From the human T2T-CHM13v2.0 reference genome, Homo sapiens: DNA of 64,000 nucleotides. This document shows positions 47,430 to 63,175 of the stretch, in pieces. The position numbers were made by a program, and so were the translations under genes. The stretch is taken from the NCBI RefSeq assembly GCF_009914755.1, contig NC_060937.1; one strand, 5' to 3'. Position 1 is the stretch's first letter. Each line of letters begins with the position of its first letter. The notes beneath the pieces are model-generated. The model did not search any database, had not been told where the DNA came from, and was given only the letters and a program-made list of their open reading frames with translations.

Positions 47430-47755
47430 TTTTCTTCTTTTTTTTTTAATCTTAATTTTTTTTTTTTTTTTTGAGATGGAGTCTCGCTCTGTCACCCAGG
47501 CTGGAGTGCAGTGGCACGATGTCAGCTCACTGCCCCTTCCACCTCCTGGGTTCAAGTGATTCTCATGCCTCAGTCTCCTGAGTAGCTGAGATTACAGTTG
47601 TGCACCACCACACCCAGCTAATTTTTGTATTTTTAGTAGAGACAGGGTTTCACCATGTTGGCCAGGCTAGTCTCGAACTCCTGACCTCAAGTGATCCACC
47701 CGCCTTGGCCTTCCAAAGTGCTGGGATTTCAGGCGTGAGCCACCGCCCCCGGCCT
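47430..47755 (-). mobile_element. AluSx-like
   Basis: Full dimer, reverse strand. Confidence 0.9.
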
Positions 47756-48343
47756 TACTTTCTTACAGTGCACCCTTTTGTATATTTTGAATTTTGAACC
47801 ATTGGCATGGATTGCCCATGAAAGAAAAATAATACTTTAAGCAAACACAAACAAAGAGTTTGGGGAGTCAGGAGGAGTAGGAAGTTCATTGTTTTGGGAA
47901 AAAAATTCTGATATACAATTAAGAATCGACTATTTGTCCTTGAAACAAGAGAGACTCAGTGTTAAAATGGGCCCTGGAAAATGTATACTTATCTTATATG
48001 TGTTTCAAAAACGCACACCCAGAAGAAGCTCTGAAACTGGAGATGGTCATGGTTGCACAACAGTGTGAGTGTGCTTCATGCCACTAACCTCTAAAATGAC
48101 TAAAATAGCAAACATTGTTATATACATTTTTCCCACAATAAAAATTAAATTAACAAAATAAGAGATACGCCTCTACACTCTGCCACACACGTAAGTACTT
48201 TGTTCACAGAAAAGGTCTGGAGGGATATATGCCAGAGATCAGATAAGACATTCTGTATGGCTTTTATTTTCTTCTTTGTGTCTGTCTACTTGTGTCTACT
48301 TGTATTTTCTAATTTTCTCATAGTGCACATGTATTGTTTTTAG

Positions 48344-48523
<180 letters not shown>

Positions 48524-49254
48524 TGAAGTTATTTTCAAAATTAGTTATAAATTAATTTAGGTTTTAATACAGTGTGGTGATAAATTATTTCATACTAAAT
48601 TTGCAAATACTTTGGATCTGAATACTTCCAGATCCAAACATATCAGATGAAAAATATCATCCATTAGCTTGATGACTTGAAAGTTTATATTTATGTTAGC
48701 TGCAATAAATTTTTTGAATGGACCATGTAATTTAGCAAAAATGTCAAGCCTCTGTTACTCTCCCTTGGTATCTGTTTTACCAAAATGTGGCACCTGCCGC
48801 ATTCCACACGGAGTCATTCCACTGAATTCAGTAACAAGCCAGCCGCAATAGAGCCCGGACATCCGGGTCTGTTTGGTCCTTCCCGACTCGCTGAAGTTTG
48901 GGGCATTTCCTTATTTGATACGTCTTCATTGTGAAATGAGACCCTCCAGGGAGCGCAACACCTTTTCTGCTGGGACGCGCTCAGGAAGGACAGCGCTCAG
49001 TGCTGGGTGCTCGCTCCCCCGCGCAGCCACACCTGGGCTTAGGCGCAGTGTCTTCTGCACCAACCCCAAGTCCACTTCGTTCCCTCCTGCTCATGAAAGC
49101 ACATTGAGAACAAGCGAGAGGCAGACATTTTTAAAACATACCTCCTAATCCAAGTTTTTAAAGTAAATCATTTGAAAAATTCAATGCTATAACTCTTAGC
49201 AAGAAATTGAGGGCACGGAAGCTAGGGGTCCAGAGCCCACACTGTTCCTTAAAT

Positions 49255-49565
49255 CAGGGGTCCCCAACCCTCAGTCCCTGGTCTGTCAGGAACCTGGCTG
49301 CACAACAGAAGGTGGGGGGCAGTGAGTGAGCATTACCACCTGAGCTCGCCTCCTGTCACATCAGCAGTGACAGTAGATTCTCATGGGAGCCCCGAACCCT
49401 GTTGTGAACAGCCCATGGAGGGATCTAAGTGCTCTTTCTGAGAATCTAATGCCTGATGATCTGAGGTGGAATAGTTTCATCCCAAAACCATCTGTCCCAC
49501 CCCGTCCATGGAAAAATTGCCTTCCATGAAACCAGTCCCTGCTGCCATAAAGGTTGGGGGCCACA
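49255..49565. mobile_element. MER1B-like hAT MITE
   Basis: Ends CAGGGGTCCCCAACC ... GGTTGGGGGCCAC; internal CTAATGCCTGATGATCTGAGGTGGAATAGTTTCATCCCAAAACC. Confidence 0.85.
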
Positions 49566-49578
49566 CGTTCGATGATCA

Positions 49579-50025
<447 letters not shown>

Positions 50026-51110
50026 ATAAAATTTTGATCTTTGCAAATCTTACAGGTGAAAAATGTATTGGTGACATTTAAGTTTTTGTTTCTTTATGAA
50101 TGAAGAGGAGCATGTTTTATATTCTTACAGCCCTACGTATCACTTCCTGTGTGTTATCTGTTCATGTCTTTTATCTTTTTTATTGAGATTTTAGTCGTTT
50201 TCTTATTTATCTTAGGAAAACTTTTTATGTTAGGGAAATTAGCCCTTTGTGATATGAGTTGTGAAAATTTGTTTCCCAGTATTCCACGTTATTCTGATGT
50301 TGCTTATTATCTTTTTGTCATGCAGATTTTTTAATGCAGTCAAATTTTTAATCTTTGTGTTTCTTCTTTTTGTTTAGTGTTGTTTTGCTTTTCATCATGC
50401 TTAGAAATACCTTTCCTAGTTGGAGATTATACTTAAAATTTTTTCCCTTTATTTCTTTAAATAGTGTTATGTTTTCATGTTTACATTCAATTTTTCATCC
50501 AATTGAAATTTATCCTGGCACAGGATGAGAGATATGGAACCAACATTTTTCTTTTCCAGATGGCTATTCCTTTTCCTCCTATTGACTTGAAATGCCACCT
50601 TCATAATCTAGTAATTTTCATGTTTTAGGAGCTATTGCTGGACTTACCTACTCTGTTCCTTGATTCATCTACTATAATTATTGTAATTTTATAAGAGACT
50701 TTAATATCCGATAGGTCTAGTCCATCACCATTGGTCTTTTCCAGTTTGCTTCTCTGATTTTTAAAAATTTAACCAGATAAGTAATCATTATTTTTAAATC
50801 TGTCTTTTCATATGTTCTATAATATTAATTATTCAGGTATATACTTAAAATTTGACTGAGTTGGGAAAGGACTACTCCTGTTTTAAATAGCTTATATTCA
50901 CAGGTAAAATTACAGGCTATTTATTTCAAAAATATCAAGGACTTGTCGTCCATATAAAACTGGATTTGCTACAGGCAACTTTTTGAGGAACACTCTTTCC
51001 ATTTAGATTGAAACAGTAATAGTAATATAGCATCCCTCAAAATTTGTTTTGCATGCATATTATTCATATTCCGGTATAACTATATGTTCATTTAATTACC
51101 TTAAAACTTT

Positions 51111-51415
51111 TGGCTGGACAGAGTCTCACACCTGTAATCCTAGCACTTTGAGAGGCCGAGCTGAGAGGATCACTTAAGCCCAGGAGTTCAAAATCAGCCT
51201 CATCAACATAGCGAGATCATATCCCTACAAAAGAATCATTTAAAAATTAGCTGGGTGTGGTGGCACATGCTCACAGTCCCAGCTACTGGGGAGGCTGAGG
51301 TGAGAGGATCGCTTGAGCCCAGGAGTTTGAGGCTATAGTGAGATGTGATTGTGCCATTGTACTCCAGCCTCAGGCAACAGAGCAAGACCCTGTCTCAAAA
51401 AATAAATAAGTAAAA
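51111..51415 (+). mobile_element. AluJ
   Basis: Full dimer. Confidence 0.86.
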
Positions 51416-51764
51416 AACTAAATAAAGCTTTTAAGACTGTTTTTCCATTTTCTCATTTTCTTAATATTGCTGTAAAGCAATACAAAAGACTAGAATAATT
51501 TACTTCAAATGACTATCTTATTTTAGGCCTAACATACACCCTGTGATACTGCTTGTTGTAAAATCTTGGGCAAGTCACTTCTGTGCTCCTCAGTTCCCTC
51601 ATGTGTAGAATGAGGGGTGTTTAAAATTCCACAATTCTGAGAACTAAGAAAGAAGGTCTTTCAATCTATTGATTGCTGATATTCTCTCCAGGTCTCAGCT
51701 TCCATGTCTAGAAAAAAAGGGCCTTGTACTGAAATGATCTTGAATGTCTCTAGTGGCATTATTT

Positions 51765-52066
51765 TCTTTCCTTTTTATCTTTTTTGAGACAGAGTATTGC
51801 CCTCTCGCCCAGGCTGGAGAGCAGTAGTGCAAATCTGCACTCATAGCTGCCTCAGCTTCCCAGGCTCAAGCACTCCTCCTGCCTCAGCCTCCCAGGTGGC
51901 TGGGACTATAGGCGTGAGCCACTACACCCAGCTAATTTTTTATTTTTTGTAGAGATGGAGTCTCACTGTGTCGCCCAAGCTGTTCTCAAACTCCTAGCCT
52001 CAAGTGATCCTTCCTCCTTGGCCTCCCAAAGTGCTGGGATTACAGGTGTGAGCTGCCGCGCCCAGC
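51765..52066 (-). mobile_element. AluJ
   Basis: Full dimer, reverse strand. Confidence 0.86.
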
Positions 52067-52110
52067 ACTGGTGTTATTTTCAACATCCCAGCTCACATTG
52101 ATGATCCTGA

Positions 52111-53613
<1,503 letters not shown>

Positions 53614-54929
53614 GTATGTGTCTTATTTCTCCTTAAATCTGTGGTTAGCTGGCTTCATAGTTTAGAACGGGGCTCCTCAAAGCAGCTGGTCAAGGAACTG
53701 TCTATCGTCAGTCTGTAGTGAAGGAAGGGGCTTGTGCACTGGGGTGTAAATCATACTGCTTCCTTCACTGAGGAACTCTTGCTACAGAACAAAACAGACA
53801 GCTGAACAAAACAGTGTGCTTGATGCTGGCTGGTGTTTCCCTACCAACATTAGACCAGAACCTCATGCTGGGGAATGTTACTATTCCTCACATGAAAATG
53901 AACATCTCTGAACAGATGATGGGGTGAGATCTTAATTTCCTAGATTCTAGAACTAATGGATTGTAATCCACATAAATTTCCCACTGTGAAGTAGAGCACA
54001 AGCACTTGCACCTGTACTCTAAATATTTTCTTATAAGGTCATGGGAGTACAGATATTATTCAACATGTAGATTGTGTTAGAGCTTATCACTCCATTTGTT
54101 AAGCTGATAAACACCCTGTAGATTTGGCCCCATCGCTGGTACTAAGACCCAGTCCTGCATCTGTGATTACTTGTTTTGTTGTAAAGTAGTTTAGTGAAAC
54201 GGAAAGGGCTTGATGTAGTATAAAAGTAAGGCTGAGTCCCAGCCCACTTTGTGATTTGGGGCAAGTCAGGTAACCTGTCTGAGCCTCAGCTTCCTCATCC
54301 ATATAGTAGAGATAATGATAGTGTCTACTTCACAGAGTGGGTTTGGGGTTTAAACAGGATAATCACAGCTGCCCAGTTTCCCTACTTGAGACAGTGCACC
54401 CAAAAGCCTGCCAGGAGCATACTGCAGATGGTCAGGAGTGTGGATCCCACGGCCACTCCTGGCTCTGCTGCTTGTTAGCTGTGAGACTTTAGACAAATTG
54501 CTTAACCTTTCTCTGCCTCCGTGTTCTCATCTGCAATGTGGGTGTGACAAATCATGCTCCACAGGAAGTGGCTAAACATATCAAAGAACAGCACCTGGTA
54601 CCAGTTCTCTATGGGTTGGTACACATTATCACTGCTGTCATTTTTCAAATTATTGCCATAGATCCTTCAACCTGTGCACCTGCCTAGGGCCACACCCTGC
54701 TTTCTGCTCCCTGTGTTGGTTTCCCTAGGGCCTGGATTCTGTCTCCGTTGAGGTTAATATCCCCAAGCTCAGGCTTAGCACACTCTCCTCTGCATGTGAT
54801 GGGGCAGGCAGATGATGGGGGGTGCAGGGAAGGTAGTTTTAAAGTGCATGTTTAATATAACAATTTTGTACTTAGAAAAAACTGTCATTTTCACGTTTCA
54901 GACTACATCAGGGTACATTTTTATGTTAA

Positions 54930-55520
54930 ACAAAAGGAATCATGCTGGAGATCTACTGTACAATACACGGCCTATGATTGACAATCCGATATGGTATACT
55001 GAAGCATTTGCTAAGAGGTCTATCTTATGTTAAGTACTCTTTCCACAAAAGGGAACAAAACAAAACAAAAGGGGTGGAAGAAAAGTTCTGGGAGTGGTGG
55101 CTAAGTTCATGGCATTGATAAGTGATGGTTTGATGGTTTCACGGGTGTATACTTATCTCCAAACACATCAAGTTGTATACATTAAATATTGGTGACTTTT
55201 TGTATGCCAATCATATTTCAATAAAGTGGGTTTTTTTTAAAGAGGGAATCATGCTATTTAAAAGTTTGAGAAATACCGGTTCAATGCTCATTGCTAGTTG
55301 ACAATGCAGTAGGGTGACTATAGTTAACAAGACATTGTATATGTCAAAATAACTAGAAGAAAATATTTGAAATGTTGCCAACACAAATACATGATAAATG
55401 TTCAAGCTGATGGAGATCCTAAATACCCTGACTGATTATTTCACATTCTATGCATGTATCAAAATATCATGTGAACCCCAAAATATGTACGAGTATTATG
55501 TATCAATAAAAAATGAAATA
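54930..55520 (+). mobile_element. Two L1MA-type 3' ends
   Basis: GGAGATCTACTGTACAA...; AGGGTGACTATAGTTAACAA...TATTATGTATCAATAAAAAA. Confidence 0.75.
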
Positions 55521-55753
55521 AAGCATTGCTAGAAGAAAAAAAGTACGATTTAAAAAAATCTCTACACATGAGCCTCTTTCCACACTTTTTATAAATGCCA
55601 CCAGATATGTAGTGTTCATAGCATTTATGAGGTTCCAAACAATACTATGTCACTAGTGTATGAAGAACTTTATTTTACAGTAATAAAAATGTTAGAAATG
55701 CCTTAATTAACTGAAATTCAATACATGGAAACATATTTATCACATAACTTCTT

Positions 55754-55914
55754 TTTTCATTTAATTTGTTAAAATTTTATTTTAGATGCAGAGGTACACG
55801 TACAGGTTTATTACATGGGCATACCGTGTGGTGCTGAGGTTTGGGCTTCTAATTGTCTTGTTGCCCAAGTAGTGAAAATATGTTTTTCAACCTTGCCCCT
55901 CTCTCTCCCCTACT
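55754..55914 (-). mobile_element. Short old-L1PA 3' end
   Basis: AGAGGTACACGTACAGGTTTATTACATGGGCATAC...; TSD ACATAACTTCTT at 55742-55753 and 55915-55926. Confidence 0.82.
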
Positions 55915-55978
55915 ACATAACTTCTTATGTCATAAAATGTCAATAACATAACTTACCTTTGTTTTCTTAATTTTGTAG

Positions 55979-56078
55979 GATGGCTTCTGGAAACTTACAC
56001 CAGAACTGGGATTTATATTAAATCTTAATACAAATGCTTTGCACAGCTTTCTTAAACAAAAAGGCATTCAATCTCTAG
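55979..56078 (+). pseudogene. PARP4 exon 32 equivalent
   Basis: DGFWKLTPELGFILNLNTNALHSFLKQKGIQSL; gtag|...|gtaagt. Confidence 0.93.
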
Positions 56079-56779
56079 GTAAGTCACTATGTTTCCATTT
56101 ATTAAGTCATTATTTTCATTCATTCATAAGCATGCTCCTAACTGTTATAAACTATTTTGTAAACTAGTGTACTAATGTAATAATTATGAAAGTTATATTT
56201 GAATGGAATTGTATTTAAGCATTAAAGGAAATGGGAGATTGGCTTCTAGTCACATTTTTACCACTAACTAGGGTATTGTCTGTGCAAACTTATTAGCATA
56301 AATAGCACCAATTGCTGTAAAAAAGACATTTCAGTAGCTTAACATAACCAAAGATTACTTTCTTGTCCATATCACAGTCAAATATTGGTCAGGAAGAAAG
56401 TTCCACTTATGTGGTCATTTAGAGACCTTGACTCCTTCCATACTGTGGCTCCACCATCTTCAATATATGTCTTTAAAATTATCCTGGTAAGAGAGAAGAA
56501 CAAAGATTACCCTGGTATCATCCCCCTGCTAGACAAGAGGAAGAATACTAGTCACATAGCCCCATCCATGTACGAAGGCCTGAGAAATGTACTGTTAAGC
56601 TGCGTGTCCAGGAGGAGAAAAGAGCTCTGATGAGCTCCTAGCCAGCCTCTGCCAGAGGCAGTTGTTCAACCTCTGGACCTGTTTCCTATCATGACAACAA
56701 GGGGATAGATGAGGAAGTCCTGAGCATCGTTGACCCAGCAAGTGGTTTGAAGGTCAAATGCTAGCCCTAGGACAGGAGC

Positions 56780-57087
56780 TGTTTGTTTGTTTGTTTGTTT
56801 TGAGACAAGGTCTGGCTCCCTTGCCCAGGCTAGAGTGCAGTGGTACTATCTCGGCTGACTGCAACTTCTACCTCCCAGGCTCAAGGGATCCTCCCACCTA
56901 AGCCTCCTGAGTAGCTGGGACTACAGGCACCTGCCACCATGCCTGACTAATTTTTGTATTTTTTGGTAGAGATGGGGTTTCGCCATGTTGTCCAGTGTGG
57001 TCTCGAACTTGTGAGCTCAAGCAATCTGCCTACCTTGGCCTCCCAAAGTGTTGGGATTACAGGCATGAGCCACCATACTCAGCCTGG
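56780..57087 (-). mobile_element. AluJb with (GTTT)n tail
   Basis: Full dimer, reverse strand. Confidence 0.88.
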
Positions 57088-57289
57088 AGATTTTTTTAAT
57101 AAAATACACATTATTAAACAACTAGCCAATATTCATGAATAGATAGAACAGCAGTGTCTCACTGGCCACCATCACCTCTAAAATGCCAGAGTTTTCAGAT
57201 TCCAGGCTGGGTGGGTGGGCAAGTGCATAGCCTGTTTGACCTGCACTAGGCCAAAAAGGGGTGATGACAATTTACGTGAGGAGTGAGTG

Positions 57290-58680
57290 CTTGATCCTGG
57301 AATAATAGAAGAGCCTCTATCTGACTAACTCTCCTGCCAATAACAGTTATTAACTTTGAATAAAATGTTTAAAACCATTCTTTGAAGGCTAGGAGAATAA
57401 TCAAAAACAGGCAGAAACTAGAGTGAATACAATCTTTGAAAGAAAGCAAGCCAACTAGGTGGGCTCCACATATATCCAGCTTGTCACCTAAAGGCATTTC
57501 TCAGCTCATGAGACACAGTGGGAGGTTTGAACTAAAACAGAAAGTCTTAATGGGATGAGGACACGGGGATGGAGTTTGAGGTTGCCTACGTGGCTGGAAG
57601 TTAAGGATTAAAATCCTATAAAGTAGGGAACCACAGAGCAGGGAGCTCTGAAATCTGCATCCAAATACCCCTCAGATTCTTGGCTGTCTCCTAACCTCTA
57701 CATATACAGGGTGCAACCTCAAGGAATCCAGAAAAAAGCCACAGCTGGGAAGCTACAGAGCTAAGCAGAGATTTCAGCTGCTGCCTAGTACTGGCCAGAG
57801 TTTACAGTTCAAGTGGCACCAAATTAGAGAGACTTTATGAATATCTTTCCATTGAAGCCATAAAAGGGTCATAAGGATCATATCTCATGATCAAGGACTA
57901 TACCCCAGGACAAAAGGATAAACCAAAATAGACCCATCCTAATAAAGCCTAAAACAAAGCCTACACAGGACCCACCAGAACAAAACTGAACACTCTTTAG
58001 AGTAAGATAGCATAGCTGAGAGTCTCTACAAGGTGTCATTTTTAATGTTCAGTATGGAATGAAAATTTAATAACATATGAAGAAGCAGGACATGACTTGT
58101 GATCAAAGGGAAAATGGGCTACAAATGCTGACCCACAGATGACCCAGATGTTAGAATTAGCAGACACAGACTTTAAAGCTGCTATTAAAAATATAGTGAA
58201 GGATTGATTTACCAGAAAAGGATGGAATGGGTGAATAAATGGCAGAATCTCAGCAAATAGATGGAAACTATAAAGAAGAACCAAATGAAAATCCTAGAAC
58301 TGGAAAATATAGTATCTGCAATGAAAAGGTCATTGAATGAGCTTAACAACAGAATGGACACAACAGGAAAAAAATCATTTAATTCAATTTGCAATGTACT
58401 CAATAAACTTCTCTAAACTGAAATATAGAAAGAAAAAAATAGAATGAAAGAAGAACAGAGGAGCCAAGACTGTGGAATGATATCAAAAGATTTAACATTT
58501 GTGTAACTAGGGTTTCAGAAAGTGAAAGGGTAAACAGAAAAATATTTGAACAGTTTTGTAAAATTGATCAAAGACAGCACCTTCCAGATCCAAGAAACTC
58601 AGCAGAACTCCAAGCACGATAAATACAAAAATGACCACATTTAGATAGGCCAGAGTCAAACTGTTGAAAACCAAAGATAA
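57290..58680 (+). mobile_element. Old L1M ORF1-region fragment
   Basis: ACAGATGACCCAGATGTTAGAATTAGCAGACACAGACTTTAAAG, GAAACTATAAAGAAGAACCAAATGAAAATCCTAGAACTG. Confidence 0.75.
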
Positions 58681-58955
58681 GCTGGGCACGGTGGCTCACA
58701 CCAGTAATGCCTGCACTGTGGGAGGCCAAAGGGGGCAGATCACTTGAGCCCAGGATTTCAAGACCAGCCTGACCAACATGGTAAAACCCCATCTCTACAA
58801 AAATACAAAAATTAGCCAGGCATGGTGACATGCACCTATGGTCCCAGCTACTTGGGAGGCTGAGGTGGGAGGATCACCTGAGCCCTGGGATGTTGAGGCT
58901 GCAGTGAGCCATGATTGTGCCACTGCACTCCAGCCCAGGTGACAGAGTGAGATAA
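58680..58955 (+). mobile_element. AluJb
   Basis: Full dimer. Confidence 0.86.
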
Positions 58956-59915
58956 AAATTCAAGATAAATATATTGTCATGTGAGGCTAGAGCTCAGGGA
59001 AGAGGTCAGAGTTGGAAAAGACTGGGAGAATTCTCAATGTCAGTAGTATTTAAAGCCTGGCACTGGATGAGGTCACCCAAAGAAAGAAGGTGGTCTGAGC
59101 AGAGCAGGTGCTAGGACCAGCCTGCCACACAGCAGGGTTTAGTGTTCAGACTGCACAAGAACCAGCAAAGACGCTGAGAAGGAGTGGCCTGAGAAACAAG
59201 AGGAAAACTGGAGAAAATTGAATCACAGATGCAAGGGGATGGGATTTCATGGATGTACCTTTTCCATGGGCTTTTCCTGTGTTTCACTGTATTACTCCCT
59301 ATTATCCATGTTATTTTTCTGTAAGCGTGTGCTTTTCTTTCTTCCTCTACGTAGAGTCTCAAGCTGATTTTTTTCTCTGACTTGTTTTTATATCTCTGTA
59401 CCCAACTTTGTCTTTTATCCTCTTCTTCATTTCTCTTTTATCGTCCCTTCTTCTGAATTTGTTTTTTAAATGACGCTGATACACATTAGGTATTTCATCA
59501 GTTTATTATTTATTATATTATTCTTGGAGTTGTATGTTGCTATTATTAATATTGCTTAAAAATTAGTCTAACATTTTGTAAATAATACCCAAAAAATAAG
59601 CCACAAAAGAATCCAGCAAATTAAACTGCTTTTGTCTCCATTGATTTTCTTTTGTGGGACAATGTATTAGTTTTCTTATTTTGTTTTTAAAAATTTATTC
59701 AATCCCTTTTTCCTCTATTAAGAACATTATATTATTTAATAAAAGCCCTCTTATGAGCAGTTTTGGCTACCTCAATGATGTAAAATTAATGGTGTATATG
59801 CAGATATGTGCATACTCTGCCAGGTCCTTTTGTCTTTACTCAAAAAAAGTAATTGCATATTCTTAATTATAAGACAAAGATTTGGTTTTTTTTTTCTTCC
59901 CTAAAACCATTTTTT

Positions 59916-60075
59916 GGCTATGTGCTGTGGCTCATGCCTATAATCTCAACACTTTGGGAGGCCAAAGTAGGAGGATCACTTGAGTCCAGGAGTTGGAGGC
60001 TACAGTGAGTTCTGATCACACCCACTGCACTCCAACGTGACAGAGTGAGCCCGTCTCTCAAAAAAAAAAAAAAAA
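59916..60075 (+). mobile_element. Alu monomer (FRAM-like or left/right hybrid)
   Basis: Left-arm start, right-arm end, A-tail. Confidence 0.78.
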
Positions 60076-60612
60076 TGAAGCTTGTATTTTTAAAATAAAA
60101 ATGGGTTGTTAATTCTGAGTTCAACACATGTAAACATTCATTTTTCAATTTTGATATTTCATAATATAGTAAAATATCTTGATTAGGATACCTGTAGGTA
60201 CTAACCACTAGAAATAATTTGATACACCAGTGTAACTGGTCATAACTGTTGTTTATCTGTTGAATATTTAGGTTTACTCTTCCAAGCTATTTGTAACAGG
60301 AGCCTAAAAACTGGGTTTCTTTCATTGCACTTCATGGCTCACTGGTCATTGAAGATGGCAAGCGAGGGGCACTCTGGATACAGGTCAGTTTCCTGACAAC
60401 CATCAGGATAGTATGATAGGCACACGGTTCCAACTGTCCTCATTTGTTTAAATAGCAAGCTAATTAAGGACCTTGAAGAGTATTAGAGAGTTTCACGATC
60501 TGCTCATGTCCTGTGATTTAACCGTATTATAATTCTTTAATGGGAATTTTATAAACAGGCAGTTTGAGATGCAGAGTTTCCAACAGACTTAACGGAGTTT
60601 TTTCCCCTTTAG

Positions 60613-60744
60613 GTGTAAAAGGAAGAGAACATCTCCTGGACCTAATTGCCACAATGCGATACTACAGTTTATTCGCACCAGGTTGGAAAAAACGGGAATA
60701 GTGTTCAAATCACTGATGGAACTGGATGACGCTTCTATTTCCAG
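60613..60744 (+). pseudogene. PARP4 exon 33 equivalent, 1-nt deletion
   Basis: VKGREHLLDLIATM, shift, LQFIRTRLEKTGIVFKSLMELDDASIS; ttag|...|gtggct. Confidence 0.9.
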
Positions 60745-61609
60745 GTGGCTTTAACTATAGTATTAAGGAACTTATTTATATTTTCAACTATTTATTTAAT
60801 AAACCTTACAAACAAGCTACAGGGAATTATCTTTCATGTGTAGGCTACTTTATAAGTATGTAGGAAGATAATTTGTTTGCAGGCGACAGCTTGCCCACAG
60901 TCTCCTGTGGCGGGCAGGGCTGATGTGGTATTTGTGCCTTGGCCTGCACAGGAAATGGGCTCAAAGAATTTCAGTGCAGCTCCCCCTGGAGCCCGGCGCT
61001 TCTGGCTCTGGATGTGGTACTCTTCACAGCAGTCTGCTGATCCTGGGTGCCTCCAGAAGACCCACAGTGTGACTGTTGGGCCCTGCCCTGTTCCCAACAA
61101 TGGCAGGGCCTGGGACAAGAATACAATACAAGTATTTAAAGTTTATAACTTTATAGTTTATAACAATACAAGTATTTAAAAAGTTGTAAATCAAACTAGC
61201 AAACTATTAGATTAAGTGTGTCCTAATCTCCTCCCTTGGCAAATACAACTTCATAACCACCTGGAAGGCCAGGTTCAAATTCAGCCCTTGGCTGACCCCT
61301 AGCACCCTAAGAGGCCTTGCCTGCACACGTGAATACCCCACCCCACCCATCAAAATGCCATCCAGACCCCATGCCAGTGCCCCCTCACACCAGCCACCTT
61401 GTAACACCAGTGAGATGGCAGCACTGTTCAAACTCAGGATGACAGACCAGGGAAGACCCTGGAAGTGGACTCAGGGCCATGTGGTCAGGGACGCTGGAGT
61501 TGCAGGGTCTAAAAAGGAAGATATGGGCTCCGGGGTGGGCACATTCTCTTGTCCCTACAGACCCTCCACCCCATGGCGAGAGGGGCATGACCAGAGTAGG
61601 ATCCCTCTG

Positions 61610-61900
61610 ACATACATATATATGTATATACATACACATATGCACATACATACACATATACATAGACATATGCACATACATACACATATACACATATACA
61701 TACACATATGCACATACATTCACATGTATGTGAAGGCACACGTGCACATACACATATGCACATACATTCACATATACACATGTATATATAAGTATATACA
61801 TACACATATGCACATACATACACACATACACATGTATATATATAAATATATACATACACATATGCACATACATACACATATACACATATACATACACATG
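61610..61900. repeat. Degenerate (CA/TA)n purine-pyrimidine array
   Basis: Repeats of CATACACATATGCACATA-like units. Confidence 0.93.
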
Positions 61901-62073
61901 TAATTGGCTTATGTTCTTTTAAAGGCAAGATAAGGGGAAAACTAATCAAACTAATAAAAATACTATTGTGAGGGAGGTTTGGTAGAGAGGACAAGGATGG
62001 AAGCTAGGTTTCTCCTAGTGTGCTTTGTTTTGCAGTTTTGACTTTGGAACTATGTAAATATTTTACATAATAA

Positions 62074-62400
<327 letters not shown>

Positions 62401-62857
62401 TAAGGTGACTTTACAACATAGTAAATAATTTGACTGTGTCAAATTATGTCAAATCCCCTAGTGGGATAGTGCCTAAGGATTAAAAAATATTACAAAGAAA
62501 TCTCACTGGGAGTAGCCATGGTGTTAATAACACTTTTGATTTGTTATTTTGGAAGGTAGATACTAATATTGTTAGAAACCAATATGTATAAAATCAAATA
62601 AGTTAAACGAAACCCCTTGATTTCTAAACTTGAATTAGATCAGAGAATAGAGGAACATGATATGTGACACCATGCAAATGCAGTCAGCAAAGTCTGGAAT
62701 GTGGGGAAATAAATGGCAAGAGAAAAAAAGGTTTGAGGAGCAGAACCTGTAAATAAACCTTTAGAGACATGTCAACCAAAAGCAAGGGTAGACCTTGTTT
62801 AGATCCTGGTTTGAACAAAACCCACTGCATTTAAAAAAGTGAGACAGGAAAAATTAA

Positions 62858-63104
<247 letters not shown>

Positions 63105-63175
63105 CTGATAACAATTTTTTAAGTGTAATGATTAAGAAAAAGTTCTCGAACACAAAACAGGTGTTCAGGAAGTTC

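Noticed and set aside
61355-61994. His/Ile/Tyr-rich and Val/Tyr/Cys-rich ORFs
   Set aside because: Translations of the CA/TA simple repeat
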